Position numbers and translations under genes: made by a program
Shown: piece after piece, positions 47,192 to 55,351 of the stretch
Numbering within the stretch: the first letter of the stretch is position 1
Layout of the letters: each line of letters starts with the position of its first letter
The notes under the pieces: model-generated
The model's database searches: none
The model's input: the letters and a program-made list of their open reading frames with translations, nothing else
Told to the model about the DNA's origin: nothing
From: Spirochaetota bacterium
GTDB lineage: Bacteria > Spirochaetota > UBA4802 > UBA5550
Direction of reading: 5' to 3'
Assembly: GCA_041737965.1 (NCBI GenBank)
Contig: JBGSQT010000038.1
Location: 101,179 to 165,178 of the forward strand
Length of the DNA stretch: 64,000 nt

Positions 47192-47380
47192 ATGTTCTTT
47201 CTGGTCCTGGGATATCTTCTTTATCAGGTGATCCGCTTTTTCTTTACGCTCGGCAAAGGTACGAGGGATGCGAGGAAAAAGATGGAGGAACAGGTTCGGC
47301 GCGGGCGGAACCCGGGAACGCGCGGCCGTAATGACGACAAGATCATCGAGCTGGACAAGGACCAGTACAAGGTGGATTGA
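47192..47380 (+). CDS. possible small membrane protein (62 aa)
   Basis: In-frame tail of the 47006..47380 ORF-track entry: one TM (FFLVLGYLLYQVIRFFF) then a basic tail; fills the gap between pdxJ and the lipoprotein gene. An alternative GTG start at 47165 is possible. Confidence 0.3.
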   Translation: MFFLVLGYLLYQVIRFFFTLGKGTRDARKKMEEQVRRGRNPGTRGRNDDKIIELDKDQYKVD

Positions 47381-47802
47381 TGGCATCGGAATTGAGGCGA
47401 CTGTGCATTCTCGTCATGCTGCTGGGGCAGCTTCCCCTGTCGGCCTGCGGCCCGGCAAAGGGGGAATTCGGCTTCAAAACATGGAAAGACGACATCTACC
47501 GGAAGAAGCAGGACCCCCTCGAATTTTCGGTAACCGATGAAATCCGGTGGGTGTACAGGTTCCCGTTGAACGTCGCCGCAATGCCGGTCGGCGTCATATA
47601 TATGAAAAAAGAGATCGTATGGGTGGACATGGAAACATATGCCGTTAAAGTCGATGGCATGAACAGGCACGTGTACGGCACCATTAAGGATTTTCCCGTC
47701 GGCGAGTATAAAATCGTACTGGTGGAGCCTGGAGAGGAGAACCGGCTCATCGACGAAAAGTATTTCTCCATATACTCAGATGAAGATCCGGAACTCCAAT
47801 AA
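47377..47802 (+). CDS. hypothetical lipoprotein
   Basis: 141 aa; lipobox LLGQLPLSAC|G; no recognised domain. Confidence 0.55.
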   Translation: MMASELRRLCILVMLLGQLPLSACGPAKGEFGFKTWKDDIYRKKQDPLEFSVTDEIRWVYRFPLNVAAMPVGVIYMKKEIVWVDMETYAVKVDGMNRHVYGTIKDFPVGEYKIVLVEPGEENRLIDEKYFSIYSDEDPELQ

Positions 47803-47832
47803 TCCGCTTTTAAAATAATTCATCGGCATGCG

Positions 47833-47872
47833 CAAAAAAAAGTGCCATCTTTCGGATTCCGAAAGATGGCAC
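47833..47872 (-). terminator. Rho-independent terminator for the minus-strand acyl-CoA/GNAT operon
   Basis: 15-bp perfect inverted repeat GTGCCATCTTTCGGA/TCCGAAAGATGGCAC (47843-47872) followed, on the minus strand, by an 8-nt U-run (complement of AAAAAAAA at 47833-47840); about 40 nt past the 47913 stop. Confidence 0.7.
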
Positions 47873-47912
47873 ATCAGTGTGGGAGAATGTGGGTATATGG
47901 AGATATAGCGTA

Positions 47913-48395
47913 TTACAGCTCGCTGTAGATCATTTCATGGTAACCCTTGAGCATGTAAAAAATTGCCCTGTCGAAATAAAGCGTGACCCTGTTGTTCAGC
48001 TCCAGGGCTTCCTTGTAGGCGGTGGCGTCGTCGTACAGCTTGTCCATGACGAAAAGCCAGAGGTGCCTTTTCATCAGCACGAATGCCCTCTGTACCTGAT
48101 GGAAAGGAACGCCCATACTGAACCGTTCCCTGGCGATTCGTGCGTACCGCTCCTCGATCTTGCTTTTGGGGTATTCCCTGGCTATCCAGATGGACAGGTC
48201 TTTGAAGAGATTGTCGGTGAAATCGTAGATCGCGTAATGGTCTATGCCGCGATATGCCGCAGTGTCCTGGTCTTTTAAAAGATCGTTTATGAACCTTTCG
48301 GTTATCTGCTGGTGGTTTTCCTCCACCAGCGCGACGAACCTGTTGAAGAGGAGTTCCTTTTTTTTAATGGAAGGGCGCATGGCTGACTCCTTCAT
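47913..48395 (-). CDS. RsbR-N-terminal-like (non-haem globin-like) sensor domain protein, stand-alone
   Basis: 160 aa; helical pattern ...QVQRAFVLMKRHLWLFVMDKL...ALELNNRVTLYFDRAIFYMLKGYHE resembles the RsbRD_N sensor domain; no STAS domain attached. Confidence 0.4.
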   Translation of the reverse strand: MKESAMRPSIKKKELLFNRFVALVEENHQQITERFINDLLKDQDTAAYRGIDHYAIYDFTDNLFKDLSIWIAREYPKSKIEERYARIARERFSMGVPFHQVQRAFVLMKRHLWLFVMDKLYDDATAYKEALELNNRVTLYFDRAIFYMLKGYHEMIYSEL

Positions 48396-48419
48396 TTCCT
48401 CTTGTAATACCTCTTTAAT

Positions 48420-49457
48420 CTATCCTTGAAAAGTGTCAAGTTTAATATATTTTTCCGCGAGCTGGGCGAGCATCCGCACCCTTTCCTGGTTGTCCCTGGT
48501 GAGGAGCGCCTCCATTGAATCGATCTGTTTCGTCACCTGGTAGGTGTCCGCGGTCACGATGAGCATCGGCACGCCTTTCTCCGCCGCCATTGACACGATG
48601 CTGGACGGAGGTAAAATATTATTGGTAAGAAGTATCCCCACCGTTTCGCTCTCCAGCGCCGCGAGTATCATGTCGACCCTGTCGCCGCTGGTGATCAGAA
48701 ACTTGTTCTCTTTGTTGAAGAGAGGATTCCTCATCGATTCGTCAGTGGACATGGCCCCCACGAAAATGTTTTTCACCATGTTGCCCAGCCCCGCTTCACC
48801 CGCGATCACCCGCGCGTAAAGCTTCTCGGCGAGATAGCTTACCGAAAAATGGGTGAGCTGTTCCTTGAAGGGGATCATGCCGATCACGTCTACGCCGATA
48901 TCCCGTATATCTTTCATGTATACGTCGTCGAATTCCTCGATGTCCTTCAGCTTGTTGATGATGACTCCCTTGAAGTCGCATCCCTCCATGCGCACGTGCT
49001 CTTTCAGGTGGGTGATGTCGTCGGTAACCGTGTCGCTTTCGCCGCTGACCACCACATAGAGCGATGCGCCGAGATACCGTGCCACCGAGAGCGAATCAAG
49101 ATGGAGGGAAGAGCCGTATGATATGTCCCTCCCTCCTTCGATTATCAACATGTCCCTGTCTTTGCTCAATCCGTCGGACATCTTGATAAGATTTTTTTTC
49201 ACACCCTCCTCGTCATACACATACCGCAGTTTCGCGTGGTCAAAACCGAGGGTGATCCCTTCCGGGTCCTCCTTCAGGCCGAACAGGTCTATGATGAGGT
49301 TTGAATCGTAGTCCCAGTTTCTCTTTCTTTTATAGATGAGCCTGTCTCCGAACGGCTTGATGTAGCCGAAGTTTTTTTTCATTGCCGTCATGAGCCCTAC
49401 TATGATGCTGGTCTTCCCGGCGCCTTCGCGCAGAGAGGCGATGACTATTTTTTTCAT
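48420..49457 (-). CDS. phosphotransacetylase-N-terminal-like protein (CobQ/MinD-like P-loop fold plus DRTGG domain), no catalytic Pta domain
   Basis: 345 aa; N-terminal degenerate P-loop (IVIASLREGAGKTSIIVGL) and C-terminal DRTGG-like segment (FLITSGDRVDMILAAL...GILLTNNILP), equivalent to the regulatory N-terminal part of long-form Pta. Confidence 0.7.
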   Translation of the reverse strand: MKKIVIASLREGAGKTSIIVGLMTAMKKNFGYIKPFGDRLIYKRKRNWDYDSNLIIDLFGLKEDPEGITLGFDHAKLRYVYDEEGVKKNLIKMSDGLSKDRDMLIIEGGRDISYGSSLHLDSLSVARYLGASLYVVVSGESDTVTDDITHLKEHVRMEGCDFKGVIINKLKDIEEFDDVYMKDIRDIGVDVIGMIPFKEQLTHFSVSYLAEKLYARVIAGEAGLGNMVKNIFVGAMSTDESMRNPLFNKENKFLITSGDRVDMILAALESETVGILLTNNILPPSSIVSMAAEKGVPMLIVTADTYQVTKQIDSMEALLTRDNQERVRMLAQLAEKYIKLDTFQG

Positions 49458-49470
49458 GAATTGTTCCTCC

Positions 49471-51600
49471 TCACGATTTTTTCAACAGTATTCTCACGTC
49501 CAGGGCCTTGAGACCGGTATCATGATCGTAGACGCGTATAGGATTAATTTCAATATCGGTGATTCTCCCGCATTTGAGAAGAATTGTGCCGACTTTGATG
49601 ATCATGTCCACTACTCCCTCGATGTCTTTTCTCTTCTCGCCCCTGACCCCGAGAAGGAGCGGATAAGAGCGTATTTCCTGGAGCATCGATCTGGCCTCCT
49701 TCCTGTTCAGCGGGAATGACCTGAAACTGACATCTTTCATCACCTCAACATAGACGCCGCCGAGGCCGCACATCACAATGGGGCCGTAGGCCGGGTCACG
49801 CACGGCACCGGCGACAAGCTCGACCCCCTGCGGGGCCATCTCGGCGAGCTCGACACCGTCGATGACGGCGTTGGGGTCGTAGCGCCGGCAGTTGTGCATG
49901 ATCGCCTCATAGGCGCTCATTACCTCGTCGACGTCGTCGAGTCCGAGGGCGATCCCTCCGGCGTCGCTCTTGTGTATGATATCGCGTGATACCACTTTCA
50001 TCACCAGGGGAAACCCTATGTCCTGGGCCGCGATGATGGCCTCCCTCAGGGACCGGGCGGTGGTGCTTTTAGGGACCCCAATCCCGGCCGCTTTCATGAC
50101 CTCCTGCCCCTCGTCGGCCAGGAGAAAAGAGCGGCCTGACGCAAGCACTGAATCTATGACCGACTCGATCCGCCCGACTTGAATGTCGGCGAGGTCGAAA
50201 CCGTCGGTGAAATCGTCCCTGAACCGGAGGTGTCTGAAGGCGGCGCCAAGGCACGATACTGCCTGGTACACATCGCCGTACACCGGCACGTTTTCCTTCC
50301 TGAGTTTATCCAGCGCCTTTTCAACGGATTCCCCCCCCACGATGGCGTAGGTGACCGGCTTTCCCGCCTCGACATGCCGCGCATATGTTTTGCGTATCAT
50401 GGGAACGAGGTTTTCTGAATCGAATGTCGCAGTTTCGCAATACAGCGCGATGGTGGCCTCCATCGACTCAGAGATGGCGGGAGCGGTGAGGGCCATTTCA
50501 TAGTCCCCCGCCATGGCGCCTCCTGTGATGTCCACCGGGTTTTTCGTTGATCCGAAGGCGGGTGTCGCCGGGGAAAACACCTCGTTCAGAACCTCCTGGT
50601 CGTCGAAAAGTTCGATGCCGTATTTTTCGCACGCGTCCGTGGCCATGACGCCGATGCCGCCGCCGTTGGTGACGATCACCGACCTGCCGGGCTTGCGGGA
50701 CGGGGAGGCCGAGAGGAATTTGCACCAGTTGAACGCCTCCTCGAGGCTTTCGGCCCTCAGCACCCCGCATTGGCGTATCACCGCGTCGAAAATATTATCG
50801 GCGCCGGCCAGCGACCCTGTATGGGACGCCGCGGCCATGGCTCCGCGTTTCGAACGGCCTGATTTTATCACCACCACCGGCTTACTTAAGGCGGCTTTTT
50901 TCAGCATCGGGATCAGCCTGTCCCCGTTTTTGACCCCTTCGATATACATGAGAATAACCTTCGTCTCCTCCTGTTCGATAAGGTACGAAAGAAGGTCGGT
51001 CTCGTCGATGTCGCACTTGTTTCCAGTGGAGACGATGGCCGAAAGCCCGATGTTTTCCACCGCCGTCCGCCCGATCATGGCGATGCCGAGCGCGCCGCTC
51101 TGGGTGAGGATCGCCACAGATCCGGGCTGTATGCCGCCGGCGGAAAAAGTTGAGTTCATGGACGCGGCGGCCGAATACATTCCGAAAATGTTCGGCCCCA
51201 GCACTCTCATCCCGGCATCGCGGGCGATCGCGATTATTTCATTTTCCTCTGCGTGGTTGCCTATTTCGGAAAAACCGGAGGTGATGATCTGAAGGTATTT
51301 CACCCGGCCGGCGCACCGGCGCACCGCGTCGACGACGAATTTCGCCGGTATGACGATAGAGGCGACGTCGATTGGTTGTTCGATTTCCTCGATGGCGCCG
51401 TAGACCCGGTTTCCCAGGATTTCCCCGCCGGCCGGATTGACCGGAAGGATTCTTCCGCGGTATCCTCCTGAGACGAGATTCTTCACGATGGTGTATCCGA
51501 TCTTTTTCGGGTCATGGGACGCGCCAATCACCGCGAAGGTTTTCGGCTCGAAAAGATTCCTGATATCGCCGTGTTCAGTTTTCATCGTAGGTGTCTCCAA
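49471..51600 (-). CDS. NDP-forming acyl-CoA synthetase (acetate--CoA ligase [ADP-forming]-type, fused alpha/beta domains)
   Basis: 709 aa; CoA-binding Rossmann N-terminus (KTFAVIGASHDPKKIGYTIVKNL), succinyl-CoA-synthetase-like ligase-CoA domain, C-terminal ATP-grasp; overlaps the upstream gene by 26 nt. Confidence 0.85.
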   Translation of the reverse strand: METPTMKTEHGDIRNLFEPKTFAVIGASHDPKKIGYTIVKNLVSGGYRGRILPVNPAGGEILGNRVYGAIEEIEQPIDVASIVIPAKFVVDAVRRCAGRVKYLQIITSGFSEIGNHAEENEIIAIARDAGMRVLGPNIFGMYSAAASMNSTFSAGGIQPGSVAILTQSGALGIAMIGRTAVENIGLSAIVSTGNKCDIDETDLLSYLIEQEETKVILMYIEGVKNGDRLIPMLKKAALSKPVVVIKSGRSKRGAMAAASHTGSLAGADNIFDAVIRQCGVLRAESLEEAFNWCKFLSASPSRKPGRSVIVTNGGGIGVMATDACEKYGIELFDDQEVLNEVFSPATPAFGSTKNPVDITGGAMAGDYEMALTAPAISESMEATIALYCETATFDSENLVPMIRKTYARHVEAGKPVTYAIVGGESVEKALDKLRKENVPVYGDVYQAVSCLGAAFRHLRFRDDFTDGFDLADIQVGRIESVIDSVLASGRSFLLADEGQEVMKAAGIGVPKSTTARSLREAIIAAQDIGFPLVMKVVSRDIIHKSDAGGIALGLDDVDEVMSAYEAIMHNCRRYDPNAVIDGVELAEMAPQGVELVAGAVRDPAYGPIVMCGLGGVYVEVMKDVSFRSFPLNRKEARSMLQEIRSYPLLLGVRGEKRKDIEGVVDMIIKVGTILLKCGRITDIEINPIRVYDHDTGLKALDVRILLKKS

Positions 51601-53488
51601 AGCGCATGTTGAGTTCGTAAACGCCTTCTTCTATTTTTTTTGTCATGTCAAAGCCCTTTGATTCGAACACATGGAGCATGGGAAGGTTCTCGGAAAGCAC
51701 CTCGGCGGTGAATCCCTGGAGGCCCTTTCTTTTCGCGAGAAACGTCAGGTAGTCCAGGAGCTCCGAACCAATACCGCGATTCTGGTAATCGTCCCGCACC
51801 GCGAATGCCACCTCGGCGGTGTGGTGCTCCTGGTCGATGATGAGCTGCCCCATGCCGACGGTGACCTCATTGCCGTTATCTTCCAGAGACGCCAGTATCA
51901 CCATCTCCCTGGTGTAATCGATCACCACGAAATCCTGCCTCATCTGATGGGGCACGTCGAGCCTGGGGCTCATGAAACGCCTGCGGAGGCTCTGGTCCGA
52001 CAGCTTGTAGAAGAGGTCCTTCACGATCGTTTCGTCGTTGATGCGGACCGGCCTGAACCGCACCACCACCCCTTTTCTCGTGGTGCGGACGGTTTCGAGC
52101 TGTTCCGGATATTCGCCTTTCTTTCCTGGGATAAAAGCCTGGTCGCGGTAGATGAGTTTCAGCCGCTTCGCCTCCTCGATGAGCCAGGGCCTGAATTTGG
52201 GATGGGCGATGGCGATCAGGTCCATGGCGCGCTCGCGTATATTCTTTCCGTGAATGTAGGCGATGCCGTATTCGGTGACCACGTAGGAGAGATCGCCCCT
52301 GTTGAGCGTCACGCCCGTACCCGCCTCGAGAAAGGGGACTATCCTGGACACCTTCCCCTCCTGCGCGGTGGACTGCAGCACAAGAATCGTCTTCCCGCCG
52401 GGGGAGAGGAGGGCGCCGCGCATGAAGTCAGCGCTCCCGCCGATTCCGCTGAAGTAGGTGTTTCCGATGGATTCTGCGGTCGCCTGTCCCGTTAGGTCGA
52501 TCTGAAGGGCGGCGTTTATCGCGGTCATGTTGGCGTTTTGCGCGATTATCAGCGGATTGTTGGTGTAGCCGATTTCCCGGAAGTCGATTGAGGGGTTGTC
52601 GTCGATGAATTCATATGTCTTCCTGCTTGCCATGCAGAATGAGGCGACGCTTTTTCCGCGGTCAATGGTTTTTTTGGAATTATCGATCACCCCGTCCCTG
52701 ATCAGGTCCGCCATGGCGTCGGTGAGCAGTTCCGTGTGGATGCCAAGGTTTTTCTTGCCGTACAGCTGGTGCATGATCGCGTTCGGCATGCTTCCGTATC
52801 CCACCTGGATGGTATCTCCGTCGTTTACGATGCGTGACACGTACATTCCTATCTGGTTGGCGATTTCGTCCGGCACACTGGGGTCGTACTCCAGGAGATC
52901 TTCCTCATGGGGCAGTATGAAATCGATGTTTTTTATGCTGACAAAGGTATCGCCGTGCACTCTCGGCATACGGGGATTCATTTGGGCGAACACCAGTTTC
53001 GCGGTCTCCATGGCGGTTTTGGTGATATCGACGCTGATGCCAAGGCTTACGTATCCGTTTTTGTCCGGCATCGACACCTGTATCATCGCCACGTCGATGG
53101 GGATCATCCGCCTCCTGAAAAGGTCCGGGATGCGTGAGAGGAAAATGGGGGTGTAGTCCGCCATTCCGCTGTTCACCGGGTTCCTGGTGTTGTCGCTTAC
53201 GAAAAATGAATTATGCCTGAAGTTGTAGTTGAATTTCTGGTCCGCGTAGGGGGCGACGCCGAGTGTCCATACCTGCATCACCTCCGCTTCGGCGAATGCC
53301 TTCGGGTGGTTTTCAATGTACTTTACCATCGCGTTGATCAGGTATTGCGGTTCACCGCATGCGGTGCCGATGAAAATTCTGTCTCCGCGCCGGATGTGGG
53401 AGAAGATCGTTTCTTCCGGCGCGAATTTTTCCGGATAACGCTTTTTCCACTGTTCCAGGTAATCATTTTTCATTTCCATGGTTCCCAC
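51575..53488 (-). CDS. acetyl-CoA hydrolase/transferase-family domain fused to C-terminal GNAT acetyltransferase
   Basis: 637 aa. Residues 1-440 resemble 4-hydroxybutyrate/acetate CoA-transferase (AcetylCoA_hydro N and C domains: GTACGEPQYL..., ...IDLTGQATAESIG...GIGGSADF). Residues 470-637 have a GNAT fold motif (QNRGIGSELLDYLTFLAKRKGLQGFTAEV). Confidence 0.78.
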   Translation of the reverse strand: MGTMEMKNDYLEQWKKRYPEKFAPEETIFSHIRRGDRIFIGTACGEPQYLINAMVKYIENHPKAFAEAEVMQVWTLGVAPYADQKFNYNFRHNSFFVSDNTRNPVNSGMADYTPIFLSRIPDLFRRRMIPIDVAMIQVSMPDKNGYVSLGISVDITKTAMETAKLVFAQMNPRMPRVHGDTFVSIKNIDFILPHEEDLLEYDPSVPDEIANQIGMYVSRIVNDGDTIQVGYGSMPNAIMHQLYGKKNLGIHTELLTDAMADLIRDGVIDNSKKTIDRGKSVASFCMASRKTYEFIDDNPSIDFREIGYTNNPLIIAQNANMTAINAALQIDLTGQATAESIGNTYFSGIGGSADFMRGALLSPGGKTILVLQSTAQEGKVSRIVPFLEAGTGVTLNRGDLSYVVTEYGIAYIHGKNIRERAMDLIAIAHPKFRPWLIEEAKRLKLIYRDQAFIPGKKGEYPEQLETVRTTRKGVVVRFRPVRINDETIVKDLFYKLSDQSLRRRFMSPRLDVPHQMRQDFVVIDYTREMVILASLEDNGNEVTVGMGQLIIDQEHHTAEVAFAVRDDYQNRGIGSELLDYLTFLAKRKGLQGFTAEVLSENLPMLHVFESKGFDMTKKIEEGVYELNMRFGDTYDEN

Positions 53489-53609
53489 ACCTTTTTTCTA
53501 TTTATGCTATAATAATGCAATGGAAGCGGGTGATAATCAATAGGCAATGGAATAATTATTACATGGGGGAAACCCCCATCATGGCACAGACGCCGGGGAG
53601 GGGGGAGGG

Positions 53610-53897
53610 TTACCGTTCTTTTTTCGGCTCTTTCAGGATGGAATCGATGTCGATGCCGCCCTCTGTTTTGATTTTATTCATCTGCTCGATCCCGTGGACC
53701 AGTATTTCCTTTTTCGTGAGCGGGATTCTCTGCCCGCTGAAATAGAGATACCCCGCGTACATGATGAGCATGCAGAGGGTGATGGCGATAAGGCTGATGA
53801 GTCTCTTGATGAAGGCGAACAGAAGAATAGCCGCGGTGACAATGGCCGCAATGGCGAGCACTGTATTTATTGTGGGCGCGGTAACTGTTATGTTCAT
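53610..53897 (-). CDS. possible small membrane protein (two TMs)
   Basis: Start taken at MNITVTAPTINTVLAIAAIVTAAILLFAF...; hydrophobic helices; sits between the operon promoter and the tRNA genes. Low support. Confidence 0.35.
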   Translation of the reverse strand: MNITVTAPTINTVLAIAAIVTAAILLFAFIKRLISLIAITLCMLIMYAGYLYFSGQRIPLTKKEILVHGIEQMNKIKTEGGIDIDSILKEPKKER

Positions 53898-53969
53898 CTG
53901 GCAGTTGCTCTTTGGCGCCGTGGTGTAACAGCTCTTCGTGCTCACGGCGGTAACTGGGGTGCCGGGTAT

Positions 53970-54043
53970 TAGCGGAGGAGGGACTCGAACCCCCCACACC
54001 ACGGATATGAGCCGTGTGCTCTAACCGACTGAGCTACTCCGCC
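53970..54043 (-). tRNA. tRNA-Met (anticodon CAT; elongator-type, could be tRNA-Ile2/lysidine)
   Basis: Reverse-complement GGCGGAGTAGCTCAGTCGGTTAGAGCACACGG-CTCATAT-CCGTG...GGTTCGAGTCCCTCCTCCGCT; cloverleaf with a G1:U72 wobble; no encoded CCA. Confidence 0.78.
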
Positions 54044-54049
54044 ATTATG

Positions 54050-54122
<73 letters not shown>

Positions 54123-54298
54123 ATATGTGAACAAACTAAGAATAACGGCCTTTAAAGTCAACATATTTTTTTTTCAGAACGGGGCCGGGGAGAGTTGAAT
54201 CCAATTTCCCGCGCATCTCACACCTCCGGGGCCCGTGATAAAAATGAGTTGACCAAGACCGCTTGGGGGATTATCCATGGGGCTGTTTGGACCGGCCT

Positions 54299-55288
54299 AT
54301 GATTAATCCTCTGAAATACATAGTGAACAGAAAAGTCGGCCTTGTTCTCGGCAGCGGCGGCGCGAAGGGGATCGCTCACGCCGCGGTCGTGCATTGCCTG
54401 TCTTCCATGGGAATCCCCATCCACATGATCGCCGGATCCAGTATAGGCGCGGTCGTCGGCGCACTTTACTGCTGCGGCACTCTTGAGCGTTTTAAAAATG
54501 ACATGTTGAAGCTGGACAAGCGTGATTTGATGTCCTTTTTTGACCCGGTGTTTCCCCGGTCGGGTTTTGTCCAGGGAAACAAGTTTATGGAGCTCCTCAG
54601 AGACTATATTCCCGAGGGGACGCTGATCGAGGACCTTCCCATTCCGCTGGCCGTTTGCGCCACGGAATACGAAAGCGGCATGTCGATGGTGTTCCGCCGG
54701 GGGAATCTGCTTGATGCGATCAGGGCCAGCATTTCGATACCGGGGATCATGGTGCCGGTACAGTACAAGGGAACGCTTCTGCTGGACGGCGGGGTCGCGA
54801 ACCCGCTTCCGGTGAATATCATGCAGGAGATGGGCGCGGGCATAACCATCGCGGTGAACCTGCACCCGAGATTGGGAAGCGGAAGGCTCCGCACTTTCGT
54901 GAAATCGGAGATGTGCCGTTTCAATCTCACGCTCGACGCCGACGAAGTGGAACCGTTGAAGGACCAGGCGCTCGACCGGCCGGAGCGGCCTGAAGGGAGC
55001 AGATGGCTTACCACGATCGCCTACTGGCTCGGGACCGAACGCACGAGGGCAACACGGAAAGAGATGCCCAGCATCATCGACGTGATGTCGAAATCCATCG
55101 ATATCATGGAATACGTCAATACCATGCTCATGCTCAAATACAACAGGCCCACGGTGCTCATAGAACCGGACGTTCTCAGGTTCGCCACCTTCGATTTCAA
55201 CAAGTCCCGGGAAATCCTCGAAGAGGGGGTAAAAGCCTGCGACAGAATCCGGGGCAAGCTGAAAAGGAGGGTCCTGATATGGGTGTGA
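54299..55288 (+). CDS. patatin-like phospholipase (RssA-like)
   Basis: GLVLGSGGAKGIAHAAV oxyanion motif, GSSIG nucleophile elbow, DGG catalytic Asp (LLLDGGVANPLP). Confidence 0.8.
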   Translation: MINPLKYIVNRKVGLVLGSGGAKGIAHAAVVHCLSSMGIPIHMIAGSSIGAVVGALYCCGTLERFKNDMLKLDKRDLMSFFDPVFPRSGFVQGNKFMELLRDYIPEGTLIEDLPIPLAVCATEYESGMSMVFRRGNLLDAIRASISIPGIMVPVQYKGTLLLDGGVANPLPVNIMQEMGAGITIAVNLHPRLGSGRLRTFVKSEMCRFNLTLDADEVEPLKDQALDRPERPEGSRWLTTIAYWLGTERTRATRKEMPSIIDVMSKSIDIMEYVNTMLMLKYNRPTVLIEPDVLRFATFDFNKSREILEEGVKACDRIRGKLKRRVLIWV

Positions 55289-55351
55289 TTTCACCCGTTT
55301 CAGGGATGAAAAAAGGGCTTCACGGCGAGTTCCGCCGGAGGGTGACGCGGA

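Noticed and set aside
51671-52495. 274-aa plus-strand ORF opposite the CoA-transferase::GNAT gene
   Set aside because: Antisense, Arg/His/Gly-rich, no motif; the minus-strand product has coherent two-domain similarity.
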